Assembly (NCBI GenBank): GCA_951406725.2
Contig: OX597823.1
Location: 68,076,001 to 68,140,000 of the forward strand
Reading direction: 5' to 3'
DNA from: Octopus vulgaris
Lineage: Eukaryota
DNA: 64,000 bases
The notes under the pieces were generated by a model. That model made no database searches and had not been told where the DNA came from. It saw only the letters and a list, made by a program, of their open reading frames with translations. Shown here in pieces: positions 24,920 to 38,813 of this stretch (position 1 is the first letter of the stretch; every line of letters begins with the position of its first letter). Made by a program: the position numbers and the translations under genes.

Positions 24920-25325
24920 TTCTTTCTTTTACTTGTTTCAGTCATTTGACTGCGGCCATGCTGGAGCACCATCTTTAGTCGAATTAAATCAACCCCAGGA
25001 CTTAATCTTTGTAAGCCTCGTACTTATTCAATCAATCTCTTTTGCCGAACCGCTAAGTTACAGGGACGTAAACACACCAGCATCGGTTGTCAAGTGATAT
25101 TGGGGGGGACAAACACAGACACAAACATATACACACACATACACATATATATACATATATATGACAGGCTTCTTTCAGTTTCCATCTACCAAATCCACTC
25201 ACAAGGTTTTGGTCGGCCTGCGGCTATAGTAGAAGACACTTACCCAAGGTGCCATGCAGTGGCACTGAACCCAGAACCATGTGGTTCATAAGCAAGCTAC
25301 TTACCACACAACCACTCCTATGCCT
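24920..25325 (-). mobile_element. Family A SINE, near full length
   Basis: Reverse complement of 46712-47290. Confidence 0.85.
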
Positions 25326-25329
25326 ACTT

Positions 25330-25482
25330 ATATCATCATCATCATCGTTTAGCGTCCGCTTTCCATGCTAGCATGAGTTGGACGGTTCAGCTGGGGTCTG
25401 GGAAGCCAGAAGGCTGCACCAGGCCCAGTCTGATCTGGCAATGTTTCTACGGCTGGATGCCCTTCCTAACGCCAACCACTCC
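25330..25482 (-). mobile_element. RTE LINE 3' tail fragment
   Basis: (ATC)n followed by the reverse complement of the RTE tail. Confidence 0.8.
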
Positions 25483-25614
25483 ATATATATATATATAGTC
25501 ACCAGAGAATGTTATAAATCAGAAGAAGTATGCAATTGTATATTTGAAACAAAATGGGTATATTAGCGTGTACTATATTATATATCAATTTCAGGTGATA
25601 TTACCAATTAGTTT

Positions 25615-25700
25615 TTGCACAAGAAATGCCAACTGATATTCTGGTATACTTAGGTTTTGCAAATATAACTTAAGTGTTATTCCTTTCTTAACCACATAGA
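25615..25700 (+). repeat. Direct repeat of about 86 bp (second copy 28443-28529)
   Basis: TTGCACAAGAAATG(C/A)CAA(C/T)TGATATTCTGGTA...CCTTTCTT(A/C)ACCACATAGA in both copies. Confidence 0.8.
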
Positions 25701-26479
25701 GTGTGAAACTGATTGGTAAGATTGGCTGAAATGGATCCATAATACTGTATACTTTGAGTAATATGTATCTATATACATATTATTTAATAACAGTTTGACT
25801 CAACTCCATGCAATTTATAATTTTGTAGGCTTATAGAATGAACGTAGCTTGTCAGACACTTGGAGATCAAGTAACAAGAAATTAGACAAATTCAAGACTG
25901 TTTCTAGATACGTTACTGGTTTGGAAGTAACATCAGATCTTATTTTTGTTTTCGGGTTCACATAGTCAGACAGGATATTGTCACGGCTATGTTTGGAGGG
26001 AGGCTGAGGTAGTGTTTATTTAGCACCATTAGTTTATTGTATTTGTTGCTTCATATGGCAGTGTGCAGTGTTGTCATGGGTTAATGGAGAACTAACACTG
26101 TAGCATTGACAGCTTTTCTATGGGAGTAACCAGATTTGGTAGTGCTGGATTAAAATTTTGTAGTGCTAGGTAGGACTGTCAACATCTTGTCGAAACCATG
26201 TGGACTTAAGAACAAAGGAGAGATCTGATGTCATTTCAAAAGCAATAACACCAAGTGATCTGGGTTGACCAATAGAGGCCAAACATCTAGAATCCTCTTG
26301 GTTTCATTTCTTATTATTTGATCTCAAAATGTCTGATGAGCCAGATTTTTGGTATCTGAGCCTATGAAACTAAGTTGTATGGATCCAAGTCAAACTGTTA
26401 TTAAATAATACAAGTAACTCCTACTGAATGTGTTGAGTGCCATTGCCACTTTCTTTCATCTGTCTGCTCACTCATATAT

Positions 26480-26605
26480 ATGTATGCATGCATGTATTTA
26501 TGTTTGTATGTATGTATGTATGTATGTATGTATGTATGTATGTATGTATCTATATACCTACCTACCTCTGTGTATATGTGTGTGTATGTATATACACACA
26601 CATAC
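26480..26605. repeat. (TATG)n compound microsatellite
   Basis: Read directly from the sequence. Confidence 0.95.
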
Positions 26606-27724
26606 ACTCGACTCTCATATTGCTAAAGGGTAATTCTATAAGTATAGAAATCTGTTAATTATTGGAAAAACTTCAGTCACAATCAATAAAATTTTTAGAT
26701 GTGTGTGTGTTCATGTGTGTATGAGTGTAAAATGTTTGCTTTGAAAAGCATTTCAAAAGGCTGCTGAAACTTAAAATATCACTACTGAAGATGTGTTAGT
26801 AGGTGATATATCTAATCTTAATAATTGATCTCTAACAGTAGAATTAATACACATAATTAGAAATAACAAATTAGATAAATAATAAATGCTTTATGATACA
26901 AAGCATTTTTAAACTACTATTAAATGTAAAAGAGTTCAAACTAAATTTTCACGTTTTAACAAAAATGAATTTACTACTTCGATTCTGTAGTAAATATAAA
27001 GAAAGAAAACATTTTATATGTTTCAATAAGTAAGGCTAAAGCTAAAATTTTATTTTGAAAACTAAAATAAAGGATTAAGCCATCTTTGAAAACAACACTA
27101 TTTGACAAACATTAGCAGAAACACAAAGATCATCTCAGAATGCATGTTTTAACCACAAAAACCCACAATTAGTATTAGTCTATTGATATCACGACTATGA
27201 GCATGATCCTTGTCAAAACTTAAAATGATGTTTGTCAGAAATGTTTTCTAAGATGATAAACAATGGAAAATGAAATCTAAGAACTTTAACAAGTGAATAT
27301 CAAGTACTTCATAACATTTTATGAAACAAAGATAGTAACCTGGTAAGATAATGTTCAACACCAATTTGCTGACTACTACACCATTATCATCATCATTTAA
27401 CATTTGTCTTCCATCATGATGATGTAAAAAAATTGGTGTTGCTAAAGACAGTAAATAAAAATAAATTGAAAAAAAAAAGTTTTTAACAATTTTACATTTT
27501 TGCTTTCCTTACTAAAATAGATTATTTTGGGGGGTAAATTGTATAGAAGTTAGGTAGTTTTCCTAACATTAACCAAATAGTAAGAATGGGACACATTTTT
27601 ATCAGTCAAACAAAATGGGACAAGTTCTGTTACATGCCCTTATTAAGAGTACAATGCAACAGATCTAGTGACCAGGCCACATTATCAGTCCTTAACTTCA
27701 CAAATGAAATTTAACACCTCAAAT

Positions 27725-27950
27725 TCATTGTTGTTGTTTAGTAGACCTATAATCAAAAGCATTCTAGCAATGACCATCCCATTTTATCCCATACATACTG
27801 TATATAACATTATATTAAACAATGTACTGCATTACTAGTAGCATATATAGTAACTTAGGCTACATTATTTTTTAACAGGATAAAAGTGGTATGAGGGTGA
27901 TCTGACTTCTATTTCTGGAAGGTTAAGCAAATAGAGGTTTTCTTACTAGC
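27725..27950 (+). repeat. Old dispersed repeat family (copies at about 50965-51200, 51655-51800, 53945-54130)
   Basis: Shared motifs GACCTAT(A/G)AT(C/T)AAAG and GAGGG(A/T)GAT(C/T)TG...CTATTTCT(A/G)G. Confidence 0.55.
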
Positions 27951-28246
27951 TTGAAATTTAACTTGATTTTTATGTCTGGTTATTAATGTTGAGAAATAAA
28001 ATGCTATGTAAAACTAGCTAGATCGAGTCAAATTTTGAATTATCAGACAACACAAATTTTATGGGACACAGTTATATTCTATAGCTACCACTTAACTTCC
28101 AGAACATACAGATGCTGCATGAAATATCACCTTTATGAAACAGTTCATTCCATACAATTCAAACAAACTATGAAGCCAAATTTAGTCAATGAATATTGAA
28201 AGTAAGCTGTAAAAGCAAACTCATATGTGCTTCTGTCTCCACTTAC

Positions 28247-28289
<43 letters not shown>

Positions 28290-29239
28290 TAGACAGATAG
28301 ATAGATATATGTATATATAAATATACACATACATAAATATACATATATGTATGTATGTAAATATGATACACATATGATTACATACATGCACACATAGATA
28401 CACACACTCATATATAAATATACAAGTATATATATGTTTAACTTGCACAAGAAATGACAATTGATATTCTGGTACAAATATAGTTTTGCAAATGTAACTT
28501 AAGTGTCATACCTTTCTTCACCACATAGATAAGAGAAATACAGAAAGAACATTATTTAAAATTATAAATGAACAATGACTGGTCTCTCTGGAATGAAAGA
28601 ATGTTGTACATAGTATGACAACAATACTAATGATAGACAGAAAAGCAACCTTAAGAAATTCCTAAGAGACATAGGTTTGTGTTTTAGGAATGATAAGAGG
28701 AAATGTATATTTTGAATATATGTCAAACAGAACTACCCTTTGGTTATCTCAAAACATTCAAAATCCATAAAAAATATGTTTATGCTTAACATATCAACAG
28801 CATTGCAGGAATTGTTTCATTGTTTTTGTTTTCAAGAAAATCTTTCCTTTGTTGCATCTTCCAATGAAGGAAACTGCTCATGGCTTATGAAGGCCTACCT
28901 GTGTACAAATTGAGTGAGTAGAATAGATATGTAGTTAATTTATTTGTAAAGGTGGTTGTCAGAATAGGTAGAGACATAGCAAAGAAAAGGTAGGAAGTCT
29001 ACAGAGATGTCTTTCTATAAAGAAGGATTATGTATGCCAATCAGGGAATGATGTAATAAGCAGAGACACAAAGAATGATTAAAAATTATGTTATGTAAGT
29101 GATAGATGTTGTTTGGATTATGTGTATACATTATCATAATGACAGAATAAGCAGAGTGGAGAGAAAATATAACCTTGGTTTAAAAGCTGATGATTGTTGG
29201 TAAAGAAACGTATCTCTATTAGATGGATTACTCTTTTCT

Positions 29240-29603
29240 AAATATTAGTCTCAAATTTTTGCACCAGGCCAGCAGATTTAGGGAGGGGGCAAGTCATATA
29301 CAACAACCCTAATGCTCAACTGGTACTTATTGACTTTGCCTTTCATCCTTTCGGTATCGATTAAATAAGTACTAGGTACGCACTGGGGTCGATATAATCG
29401 ACTTAATCCGTTTGTCTATCCTTGTTTGTCCCCTCTGTGTTTAGCCCCTTGTGGGTAGTAAAGAAATAGGTATTTATTTTATCAACCCTGAGAGGATGAA
29501 AGACAAAAATGACTTTGGAAGAATTTGATCTCAGAACACAAAGACATGAAATGCCACGAAGCATTTTGTCCAGCATGCTAATGATTCTGCCAGCTTGCTA
29601 CCT
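29240..29603 (-). mobile_element. Family B SINE with a nested, oppositely oriented related fragment at 29331-29475
   Basis: Host GGTACTTAT|TTTATCAACCC is split by GACTTTGCCTTTCATCCTTTCGG...AAAGAAATAGGTATT. Confidence 0.75.
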
Positions 29604-31434
29604 AACTCTTTTCTACATATAACTTCATATCTGTGTTCCTTAGCCATTTTAAACGTTGTAGAAACTTTGGATTGAGTTGTTTCTAAAGAAAATTCTAAGA
29701 ATTGATAGACACTAGTGGACTTACTGAAATAAACTTAATATCTGAATAAATTTAAATAAATAAATGTAACATCTAAGATAAACTTGGATGTTGATGATCA
29801 TATGCAGCAAAGCACTGATTACATTTTACCTAACTATCAATACCTTTTGTTTTATATATCTAGATGCAATGACAATTTTAAAATCTTTTCTAATAATAAA
29901 TTTTCTTCTAGTTAAAACATTTTGAACATAAAAACAAAACTAGTATGAATAGAAAAAATTTTTTCCATTGTATAATTTGGTGCATTACTCATTTTTTTTT
30001 AATATGTTACAAGTAATAGTTTTCATTCAGAAATATTTTCCTATCCAAAATTAAAGGAGAAAAGACTACAAGTTACAAATATCTGTTCATATTTTCAGAT
30101 TTTAATCTTATTTATTGCCAAGGCTAAAAAAAAGAAGAGAGAGAGAGAGCAACAAACAGGCAGACAGAGACTGAGACAGATAGAGAAAAAGAGAGTGGAA
30201 GGGAAAAAAATGATTTAAAAATAAATGACAGAGAAATAGATAACTTTTCATAAAAGAGGGATGCTTAATGGATGCAATAAGCACCTTACAATGAAATAAG
30301 CAAATATTTATTTTTAGAGTTTATGAATAGAAACAACAATTACCATTTGCTATCTTATTTATAATCTTGCTATATTTATGACACTTACAAATATTGTTAC
30401 TTGCATAAATTTCTAAATTGTGATAATGTTTAAGTAATTTTGTATGATTCATATAGAAGTTAGAAGTCTGTTCAGTACTTTAAGCAGTAGCAACAGTTTA
30501 AACATGATAAAGGATTAATCCATACTTAGTGCTATAACTTAGAGATAGTACATCTTGCTTAAGGTGCACTATTTGGAAACCTCTGTTATCCCTACTCATT
30601 TCCATATCGTGAGACTTTCTCACAATACAATCATTATGAAACTGTTGCCTTTATTACCATTGGGATGTTTTATTCTCTTTTTTGTTATCCACTTCTTATA
30701 CACTTTATCAGACTCCATTCTTTGTTACTTTCATCTCACATTTTTCATATACCATTATTTTCTCTGTTTCTTTATTGTAATCTAAAGAAAGCTCCAAGTC
30801 TTTTAGTTATCCCTTTCTTTACACTTGTTTTATATCATATTTTCTTTCTGAGATTGGAGTTTTGCAAATTTACATTTTAGAATAATTGTCTTTGCAGTTA
30901 AATCTCATTAACCTTACTATTGTTAATTTTCAAAATGCAAAGCAGAAATTCCACCTTATAGCCATCAAACAGACTAAGGCAAACAGATAAACAGAGATAT
31001 GTGACATTCACAAGAAATACAATACAAGAGTTATAATAATATGATTTCAAGTCCTATTCATGTCCTTTAATTAATCTAAACTGTCACATATATTGGTGCC
31101 TATCATCCATATCTGGGTTAATTGATATCAATTATCAATGCAGAATATATCAATATAGAATTAAATGTTGACTCCATCCCCTGAACTCCCTAACTCAGAA
31201 ATCAAATATTGCCCTAAGTGAGCCAAAATAAATATAGTAATTGATTGCAATAAAAAAAAAACATATATTTAATAATTGTTGCCCATCAAGAATATTATTT
31301 AAAATTAAATGTCTCATTATTTGAAATTTAAAATAAATGGCGAGTCCTTTGTTTTAAATGGCATTGACTATTTTATATACAGTTTGAAAATAAATATGAC
31401 ACAACTTTTAAATTATTTCAGAATTTCAAATTAC

Positions 31435-31490
<56 letters not shown>

Positions 31491-34400
31491 TATATATATA
31501 TGCATGTACACACACACACAAATATTTATATAAACAATGGTATGTGCATACACATATACAAACTTATACATACATATATATATATGTGCGTGAGTGTGTG
31601 TGTGTATTCACACACATACATATATATCCATATGATCTTTTAGATAACTTAATTAATTAAATTTGAAAGGTGTGCTATATTTTAACTTTATACCAGGAAA
31701 AGTAAATCACTTCAGATAATCACAAATTTCCAATTTTTTCTTTCATTTCTCAATAGTTAAAGCTTTTATCACTAATTAGAATTGAATTTCATAAGATAAT
31801 ACAAAGAAATAACAAATGTGAACGATGAAAATTAATAAAATTAAACAGCCATAAAGTATTTCATCCATTATTAGCAACAGTACATATCTAATGCCCTACA
31901 TTTATGATAAGACACATCTCAGTGTAAAACATTTTTGGGGATTGAATCATAATTATTCTGACTGAGAAATTCAAAACATGAAATTTCATATTCAAAACAC
32001 ATCACAATAAGAATTTTTGTATTTGAGCAAGAAATACATTTCAATTTACTAATGAGGTTAGTAATTAACACTTACATAGCCTGCTGGTTTTCAATAGAGG
32101 CTATCCCTAGTAAGCTTATGTAGTAGTTCATTATTCAAAAGTTAAAAATAAATGATGAGCTAGATAATTAACACATAAGTGAAAATTAAATGCTGAGGAA
32201 CAAGAAGTAGGAAACATTAGGAAAAGGAAAAATTGCTAAACGAATGTGAATGATATTTTGGAGATGAATATTGTACAGACTATTAAATATCACTGAAAAA
32301 TAGTTTTTAAATTCATATATATATATATATATATGTAAAGATAGATATCCACCTGATTCTTTTCATTATGTAGAAATAGTTGCTACTGCTGGTATTGTTG
32401 TTAAAACCAAGTTACACTGATCAAACTGATTTATGATCAAAGGTATTCTTAATATGACAACTACATTCTTGTTGCAACTGTAGGACTACAATATTTATTA
32501 TCTTTCTTTCGTTAAGGTGGTAGAAAGTATAATTTGAGAGAATTTTGTTGCTTTTTCGAGCAGATTGAGTGACCACATAGAGGTTCCCTTTTTTGCTCAG
32601 TAGAAATAGGCTGTTGAAATCTGTTGAAAGAGAGAACAAAATGACTAATATCTTTAATTTCCTTTAAGAAAAGGAGACAACTCAAGTCCTGTTTCACTCT
32701 TATTTTGACCTTGTCAACAAAGCATAACAACCCTCATATTTGCCAAAGAGGTGATGAGTGAATCACAAAGTAACTATACAGAATTATACATTTATTAGTA
32801 TACAAAAATTGTATTGTTTAAGGATTATATGACTCAGAGTTATCATCTGTACAAAAATATTAGCTAAGTCACTGTTAACATTTAGTGTTATGAGCGAGTG
32901 TGAAATAGTCAATTTCAGCAGGCACATTTTTCAGCAAATAAGCATATTTTTCAAGAACAAACCATTATAATCGTATGTATTATTATCATTTGTAAAACAG
33001 AATGAATTCATGTGTTTTCTGATTTTGCAAACTGTGATAGGGTCCTTATTCATGGAAGAAATGTATAATTTGAGTTAGGGTAAATATATTTAATGTATGA
33101 AGCATTAAAAATTTAATCAAACTTAAATAAGTTCTGAGAAAAAATTTCATTAATCAATAACTAATATGTCACAGGTTTTAGAGATGAAATAATTCAGTGA
33201 TGCAGTCAATATGAAAAACAATAAGATAAGTCTAGTGGTAAAGTATTTAATGCATAGAGCATTAAAATTCTGTTTCTCAACACCAAGGAATGAAGTAGAG
33301 GAAAAATTCACAATTAATCTGTAAGTTAGTTTTAACAGGTGGAATATAAAAACAATTTTTTTCTGAATACCTCTTTAATAGAGACAATATGACAAAGCAA
33401 ATTTAAGCACTTCTTAATCCAAAGGCACCATAGGCCATACGAATACGTTACTTTGAAGTCTTTTAAAATGAGTTCCTTGTCAAAAGATAGGTGGTTCTAT
33501 TAAGATATAAACATACTTCATGTTGACAAAAGCATTTATGTTGAAAAGAGATATGATAATTTTGGTGGAAAATTATTTTTGAAGTTCAATGCATGCTTTG
33601 AAATTAAACCTCATATTCTTGTGTCATCTTAAAGAAATATTCTATATGAAATCATTAAGTTTTTCAGCTTTTACAATAATTTACATTAGTGATCATAAAA
33701 GCTATTTGACTCAGAAATATAGATAGAAAAACAATGAAGTAAAAATTGGAGTTTCTTAGATATTTCATTTCAATACAATGTAAATATTAACAGATACTGC
33801 TCTAGAATTACAAAGATATATATCCTATGAGGCCAGTATGTCTAGCTATTTATTTTGAATTTTAGAATGTCTCCTGCAAGTTTTATATTAAATATATCCT
33901 TCACTATAATGAGTTACACCTCATTAAACAAGCTTTTCTCTTAACTTTGCATAAAAATTGATATATAAAACAAGTCTAATATTTTAAATTTATTTCATTA
34001 TTTTTATGTATCGTATGTTTGTGTGAAAGGATCATCATAATTTGTGAGTAGAGTAAATAGTTTCAAAGAAACTAAGTAGAAAACTAATGTGCTTGAAAGT
34101 GGATGGGTATGAATAAATACAATAAAGCAAAACTGACAAGACACACTTCAAAACCCATTATTTTAATCATTTCTGAGTTACCATTGTATCGCAGATCCTG
34201 TTTTTGTTCTATACAAGGTGTATAACTTACTTGTGACAGCTAAAACCAAAATAGTTTCTACTCTGACTTCATGGTTTAGTGGGTTCTAGACAAGCAGTTG
34301 TCACTCTGATAATACATGCAAAAGTCTATGTTGATAAGAAATGGATTTTAATTATGACCTATAAGACTAACAATATATTCACAAAGAATAAAATAGTGTA

Positions 34401-34902
34401 ATTTCCTAAATGTTAATCAAGACTGAATATTGGTGAAAGCAATGAATAGTAAAGAACATATGAAATTTGTAAGATTGCCAAAGTTAAAACACAGTTTAAA
34501 AATATATTTCAGGAGCCAAGTGTCAGGATTGTAAATGTAATCAACAATACTGTATGAAGAAAAAGGGAAAATAAAATTCAGACTATTATAATTGAGACTG
34601 ACCTAAACAGAGAAATACAATAAATAAAAGAAACAACAGGTTGCAGAGAATGAAAAATAAATATGAAAATAAAAAATAAATAGAAATACTGAGTGATGGT
34701 GAATACACTGATACAGAAAACATTTTTACTATGACAACAAAGTTGATGTCATCAAAAGTAGTGACCAAAGGAATAACTTGACAGGCATATGCTTGTAGAA
34801 AGGAAAAGTATTTAGTAACAGGACTTAGTATTCAGATCTGACAGATGATCATCTCACAAATGTATGTATGTATGTACGTGTGTGTGTGTGTGTGTGTGTG
34901 TA

Positions 34903-35018
34903 TTTCAGATGACATTATGAAAACAATAACCATTGTATTGTAGTTACTGTTATATATATATATATATATAACAGTAACTACAATACAATGATTATTGTTT
35001 TCATAGTGTCATCTGAAA
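34903..35018. repeat. Near-perfect palindrome centred on (TA)n
   Basis: Arms of about 48 bp (34903-34950 and 34971-35018) with 2 mismatches; the (TA)10 centre is self-complementary. Confidence 0.9.
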
Positions 35019-35949
35019 AAATCTGATTTTTCAGTTGGAATATTTACCAGAAGAAAAAATGCCTCAGAAAGTAATAAAATATTTAAAGAAATCAGAATAT
35101 GACATTGCACTATGAATTATTGGAAAGATTGATGTAAAATGTAAACAAAGAGAATTGAAGAGTGTTAGTGAAATAAGATAGGAAAGCTACTAAATCAAGC
35201 TAATAAAGAACATAGGTTAGTAATGAAAAATTGAAACTAACCAAGATAAAAGAATCATGATGTATATTAATTCTAAATAACATGTTTGGAGGTTAATGAC
35301 AAAATGAATAAACAGTATTGATGCATAACACATTTTATGTTCCAGTTGATGTTAAAATAAAGATGAAGAGAATTCCACCAAAGTATCAGATAGGTATGAA
35401 AACAGGAAATTGTTTTTTCATTTCAAAGTAATTAGGTTATTTTTAACTATAGCTTAATTCTTATACTATTTTTATGGTTTTCTTGGTTCCAGTTTTTATA
35501 TCTATAATGTACTTATAAGTATGATAAATGTACAAATTCAAATTTACATAAGTTCTCTTTTGTAACAGGATTTTTTTCTCATTATCTACAGACTATTTGA
35601 TTTCAGTTATGTACAGATTAAAATAAGCCGAACAATCAGTCTTGATCAAAGTTATTGTACCTGCAGCAAAATTTGAACTAATATCATCATTAACCTTATA
35701 TCTTTCCTGAAGCAATTTGCTATGACACTATAGTAAGAGTTTAATAGCATCTAATATACTTTAAAATGGTTTCTCTACTTTTGTTGAGTCCATATGAAAA
35801 TCCAAAGAACATTTAAATTAGAGTTGTGATAGTTTTTCTCAAAGATGTTATTAAGTATAATTAAAGAGAACTGAAACTGGGTCATTGACTTCATTTAATG
35901 GAATCTTAACTATGTGCACCCATAGTTAGCCACATTTAGAAACAATATT

Positions 35950-36375
35950 TAAATTTATGGACACCAACCCATGCCGAATTCCCTCTGATATTCCAAATCA
36001 AAGATTATTCCAGTATGCCTGAAGGTTTGATTATATCTCTAACACTGTTCCTTCTAAATATTACTGATCTTGCTGCTGATACCTCTAATAATATGCACGA
36101 CTATGCAGATAGTCATTAACCCTCATTCTCTCTTTGCCTTCTGCACACAGGAAGTACCTGTATGCAATTAGATACTTCATGCCAAATTTGTACTGCTTCC
36201 ATATAATTGCTGTTAGTTTTATTATACATGAAAATTAAACCTCCCACTCCAATGTCTCGACAAATGCTAAGTTTCGCAGTTCTTGATGGTGTAACTGCAT
36301 CCAGAACCAGGTTTCTTTTTTAGGTTAGAAAATACTTCAGTAGTGAGGAGTTGTTGACTTGGTACAAGGCTTTAA
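35950..36375 (+). pseudogene. Degenerate CR1/L2/Jockey-type LINE reverse transcriptase relic
   Basis: SMPEGLIISLTLFLLNITDLAADTSNNMHDYAD at about 36012-36110 resembles the GVPQGS..SP.LF..Y..D...YADD RT motifs. Confidence 0.65.
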
Positions 36376-36381
36376 TGTGAA

Positions 36382-36702
36382 GGCATGTAGCTTAGTGGTT
36401 AAAGTATTCAGCTCATGATTGTAAGGTCATGAGTTCGATTCTTGGCAGTGCATTTTGTCCTTGAACAAGACACTTTATTTCACATTTCTCCAGTCCACTC
36501 AGCTGGCAAAATTGAATTGTACCCATAATTCAAACAGCTAGCTTTCTCACATTTTGTGCCATGCTGAATCTTGCTGAGAACTATGTAGAGAGCATGCATG
36601 TTTGTAGAGCACTCAGCCACTTGCATATTAATTTCATGAGCATGCTGTTCCATTGATTGGATCAACTGGAATTTTCACTGTCGTAACCGATGGAGTGTCA
36701 GT
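36382..36702 (+). mobile_element. tRNA-derived SINE (family C)
   Basis: A box TAGCTTAGTGG, B box GAGTTCGATTC, TCCTTGAACAAGACACTT core; the 3' part recurs inverted at 50538-50720. Confidence 0.8.
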
Positions 36703-36879
36703 TAATCAAATTAAATGAGAACCATATCAGTATGTAATTCACAGTTCTAGTATGATAGTGTTGCTACAGACACAAACATTCTAGACCATTGTAAACCATT
36801 TAGCTGATTGGAAAAAATTTCAGGCACAGATGTAGCTTTCTATTTATATACCTTTACTACAATGAATTCCAAGACATAC

Positions 36880-36984
36880 TCCTGTTTCTTATTCTTTTGC
36901 TGTACCTGCAATATTTCATCCTGTAAACCATACTTGTTCCAGTCATTCATTTTAAAAACTGCATTCTTCTGAAATTCCTTTCCG
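36880..36984 (-). CDS. Candidate isolated 105-bp coding exon, unknown protein
   Basis: Acceptor tttctgctgtttaag|, open frame GKEFQKNAVFKMNDWNKYGLQDEILQVQQKNKKQE, donor GA|gtatgt, same phase at both ends. AAG acceptors are uncommon and no partner exon was found. Confidence 0.25.
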
Positions 36985-38301
36985 CTTAAACAGCAGAAAT
37001 TCACTATGAATACCAAGCATACCCTCTTAAAAGTGCATGTAAAAGTTGTAAGTTTCATGTGTCTTTTTCCTTAGGATATCTAAATAAATCAATGACAAAG
37101 CTTATGGATGGCATGAATATTGTTTATATACATTAATACTTCACTTCCAATGAGAAAAGAAATCTTTAAAATCTCATTGACAGATTATTAGAATAATTAT
37201 CAGTTACATTTGAAGAGTGGCAGAATAAAGAAATAAAGATTAATATAGCATATTACATTTTTTTCTGTAAGGATTTACACTAGAGAATTTCAGAGCTGGA
37301 GTAAAAGAGTATTGAAATGGGAAAACAAAAGTTTTACAAAATGCAAAACAAAATAAAAACAAACCATAGGCAAGAGAATAAAAGACAAAACAATATGGTT
37401 TCACAGCGATTTTACAATCCAGAACATGTTTCCAAGAGGTTCGAGATGCATAAACAGTGCAAAGATAGTTAAGTAATGTAATGCTCATGATTCCAACATT
37501 TAAAACTACTTACACTTAGCAGTGACTATTACTGCAGACAAAATCAATTTTAAATTATCCTGCTTTTGTTTGCATGGCTACTTAATGTTGGAGCAGATTA
37601 CTGCCAGATTTTCTACTAATATCACTGTCCGCTATAACTACTTAACTAACATTTTCCTAGCTGAGCAACATGAAGTGTAAGAGTTATATTGATAACGAGC
37701 ACACATCTGAAATCTTGCTTGAGAGAAAAGATTATGCATAATACATTTGGTCTCTTATTATTCCAAAATTGGAAATCCAAGGCTCACTTGGAGAGATATT
37801 AATGTAAATTCTTAGCAGACATAGAGAGATGGCTGAGATGGGTAACTAATGGATATTTTTAAAAGAAATATTTTAATGGATATAGCATTTGTGATTTCTG
37901 AATTATGTACAAAAACAGTTGAAATGACCTTTATGTCTAACTAAAGATATAGCTGTTAATACTGTCTATCAGGTTTGCTTGTCCTCTTATATTTAGATGT
38001 AAGATTATGACAAGATGGTGTCTTTATAGTTCAGTGCTAAATAGACATAACTAAAGAGTACATTTTCTTTATTATCTAGAGCAATAACTTTAAGATCTAT
38101 TAATGCTACCTCATCCTCCAGTTTCTCTGATGTCAAGAGGTGGTTGATAAATATATAATATAATGACAGTAATTGTGAAAAAACAACTTCCTAAAGTTGT
38201 TAAACTTCTGGAATGACCTGTTTCTTTGAATCTATATCACATATGTCATTTGAGTTTACTGACACTTCATTAAATAATTTAAACATGAATTAATTTAGTC
38301 A

Positions 38302-38346
<45 letters not shown>

Positions 38347-38433
38347 AAGGGTGGAAAGGAACACACGAGTTGATATATATGAAAAAACAAGTCAAAAATA
38401 GAAAATGCTAAGATAATTTTATAGTGAATCTTT

Positions 38434-38471
38434 CAGTACCGGTTTCGGTCATTTTGAGACCTTTTCAACTG
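38434..38471 (-). ncRNA. Minimal hammerhead-like motif, variant core
   Basis: Mirror copy of 38727-38764. Confidence 0.55.
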
Positions 38472-38726
38472 TAACGATTAAATAATTAAATTTAGAAAAA
38501 TTAGAAGAAAAGTTTTTTTAAAGGAATATTTCTATAGTAGTGTTCAGATATAAGTGGCATTCTGCCTTTCTCTGACTCCCTTGTTTGCACTTGTGTGTTC
38601 GAGGTCGTTGCAAACAAGGGAGTCAGAGAAAGGCAGAATGCCACTTATATCTGAACACTACTATAGAAATATTTCTTTAAAAAAACTTTTCTTCTAATTT
38701 TTCTAAATTTAATTATTTAATCGTTA

Positions 38727-38764
38727 CAGTTGAAAAGGTCTCAAAATGACCGAAACCGGTACTG
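38727..38764 (+). ncRNA. Minimal hammerhead-like motif, variant core
   Basis: CAG-TTGAAAA-GGTC-tcaaaat-GACC-GAAA-CCGG-TA-CTG: stems I and II, palindromic ACCGGT stem III, GUA cleavage triplet. Confidence 0.55.
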
Positions 38765-38813
38765 AAAGATTCACTATAAAATTATCTTAGCATTTTCTAT
38801 TTTTGACTTGCTT

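Noticed and set aside
36382-36455. Possible tRNA gene (also 738-811 and 46712-46785)
   Set aside because: Stems are broken and each continues into SINE body sequence, so they are SINE heads.
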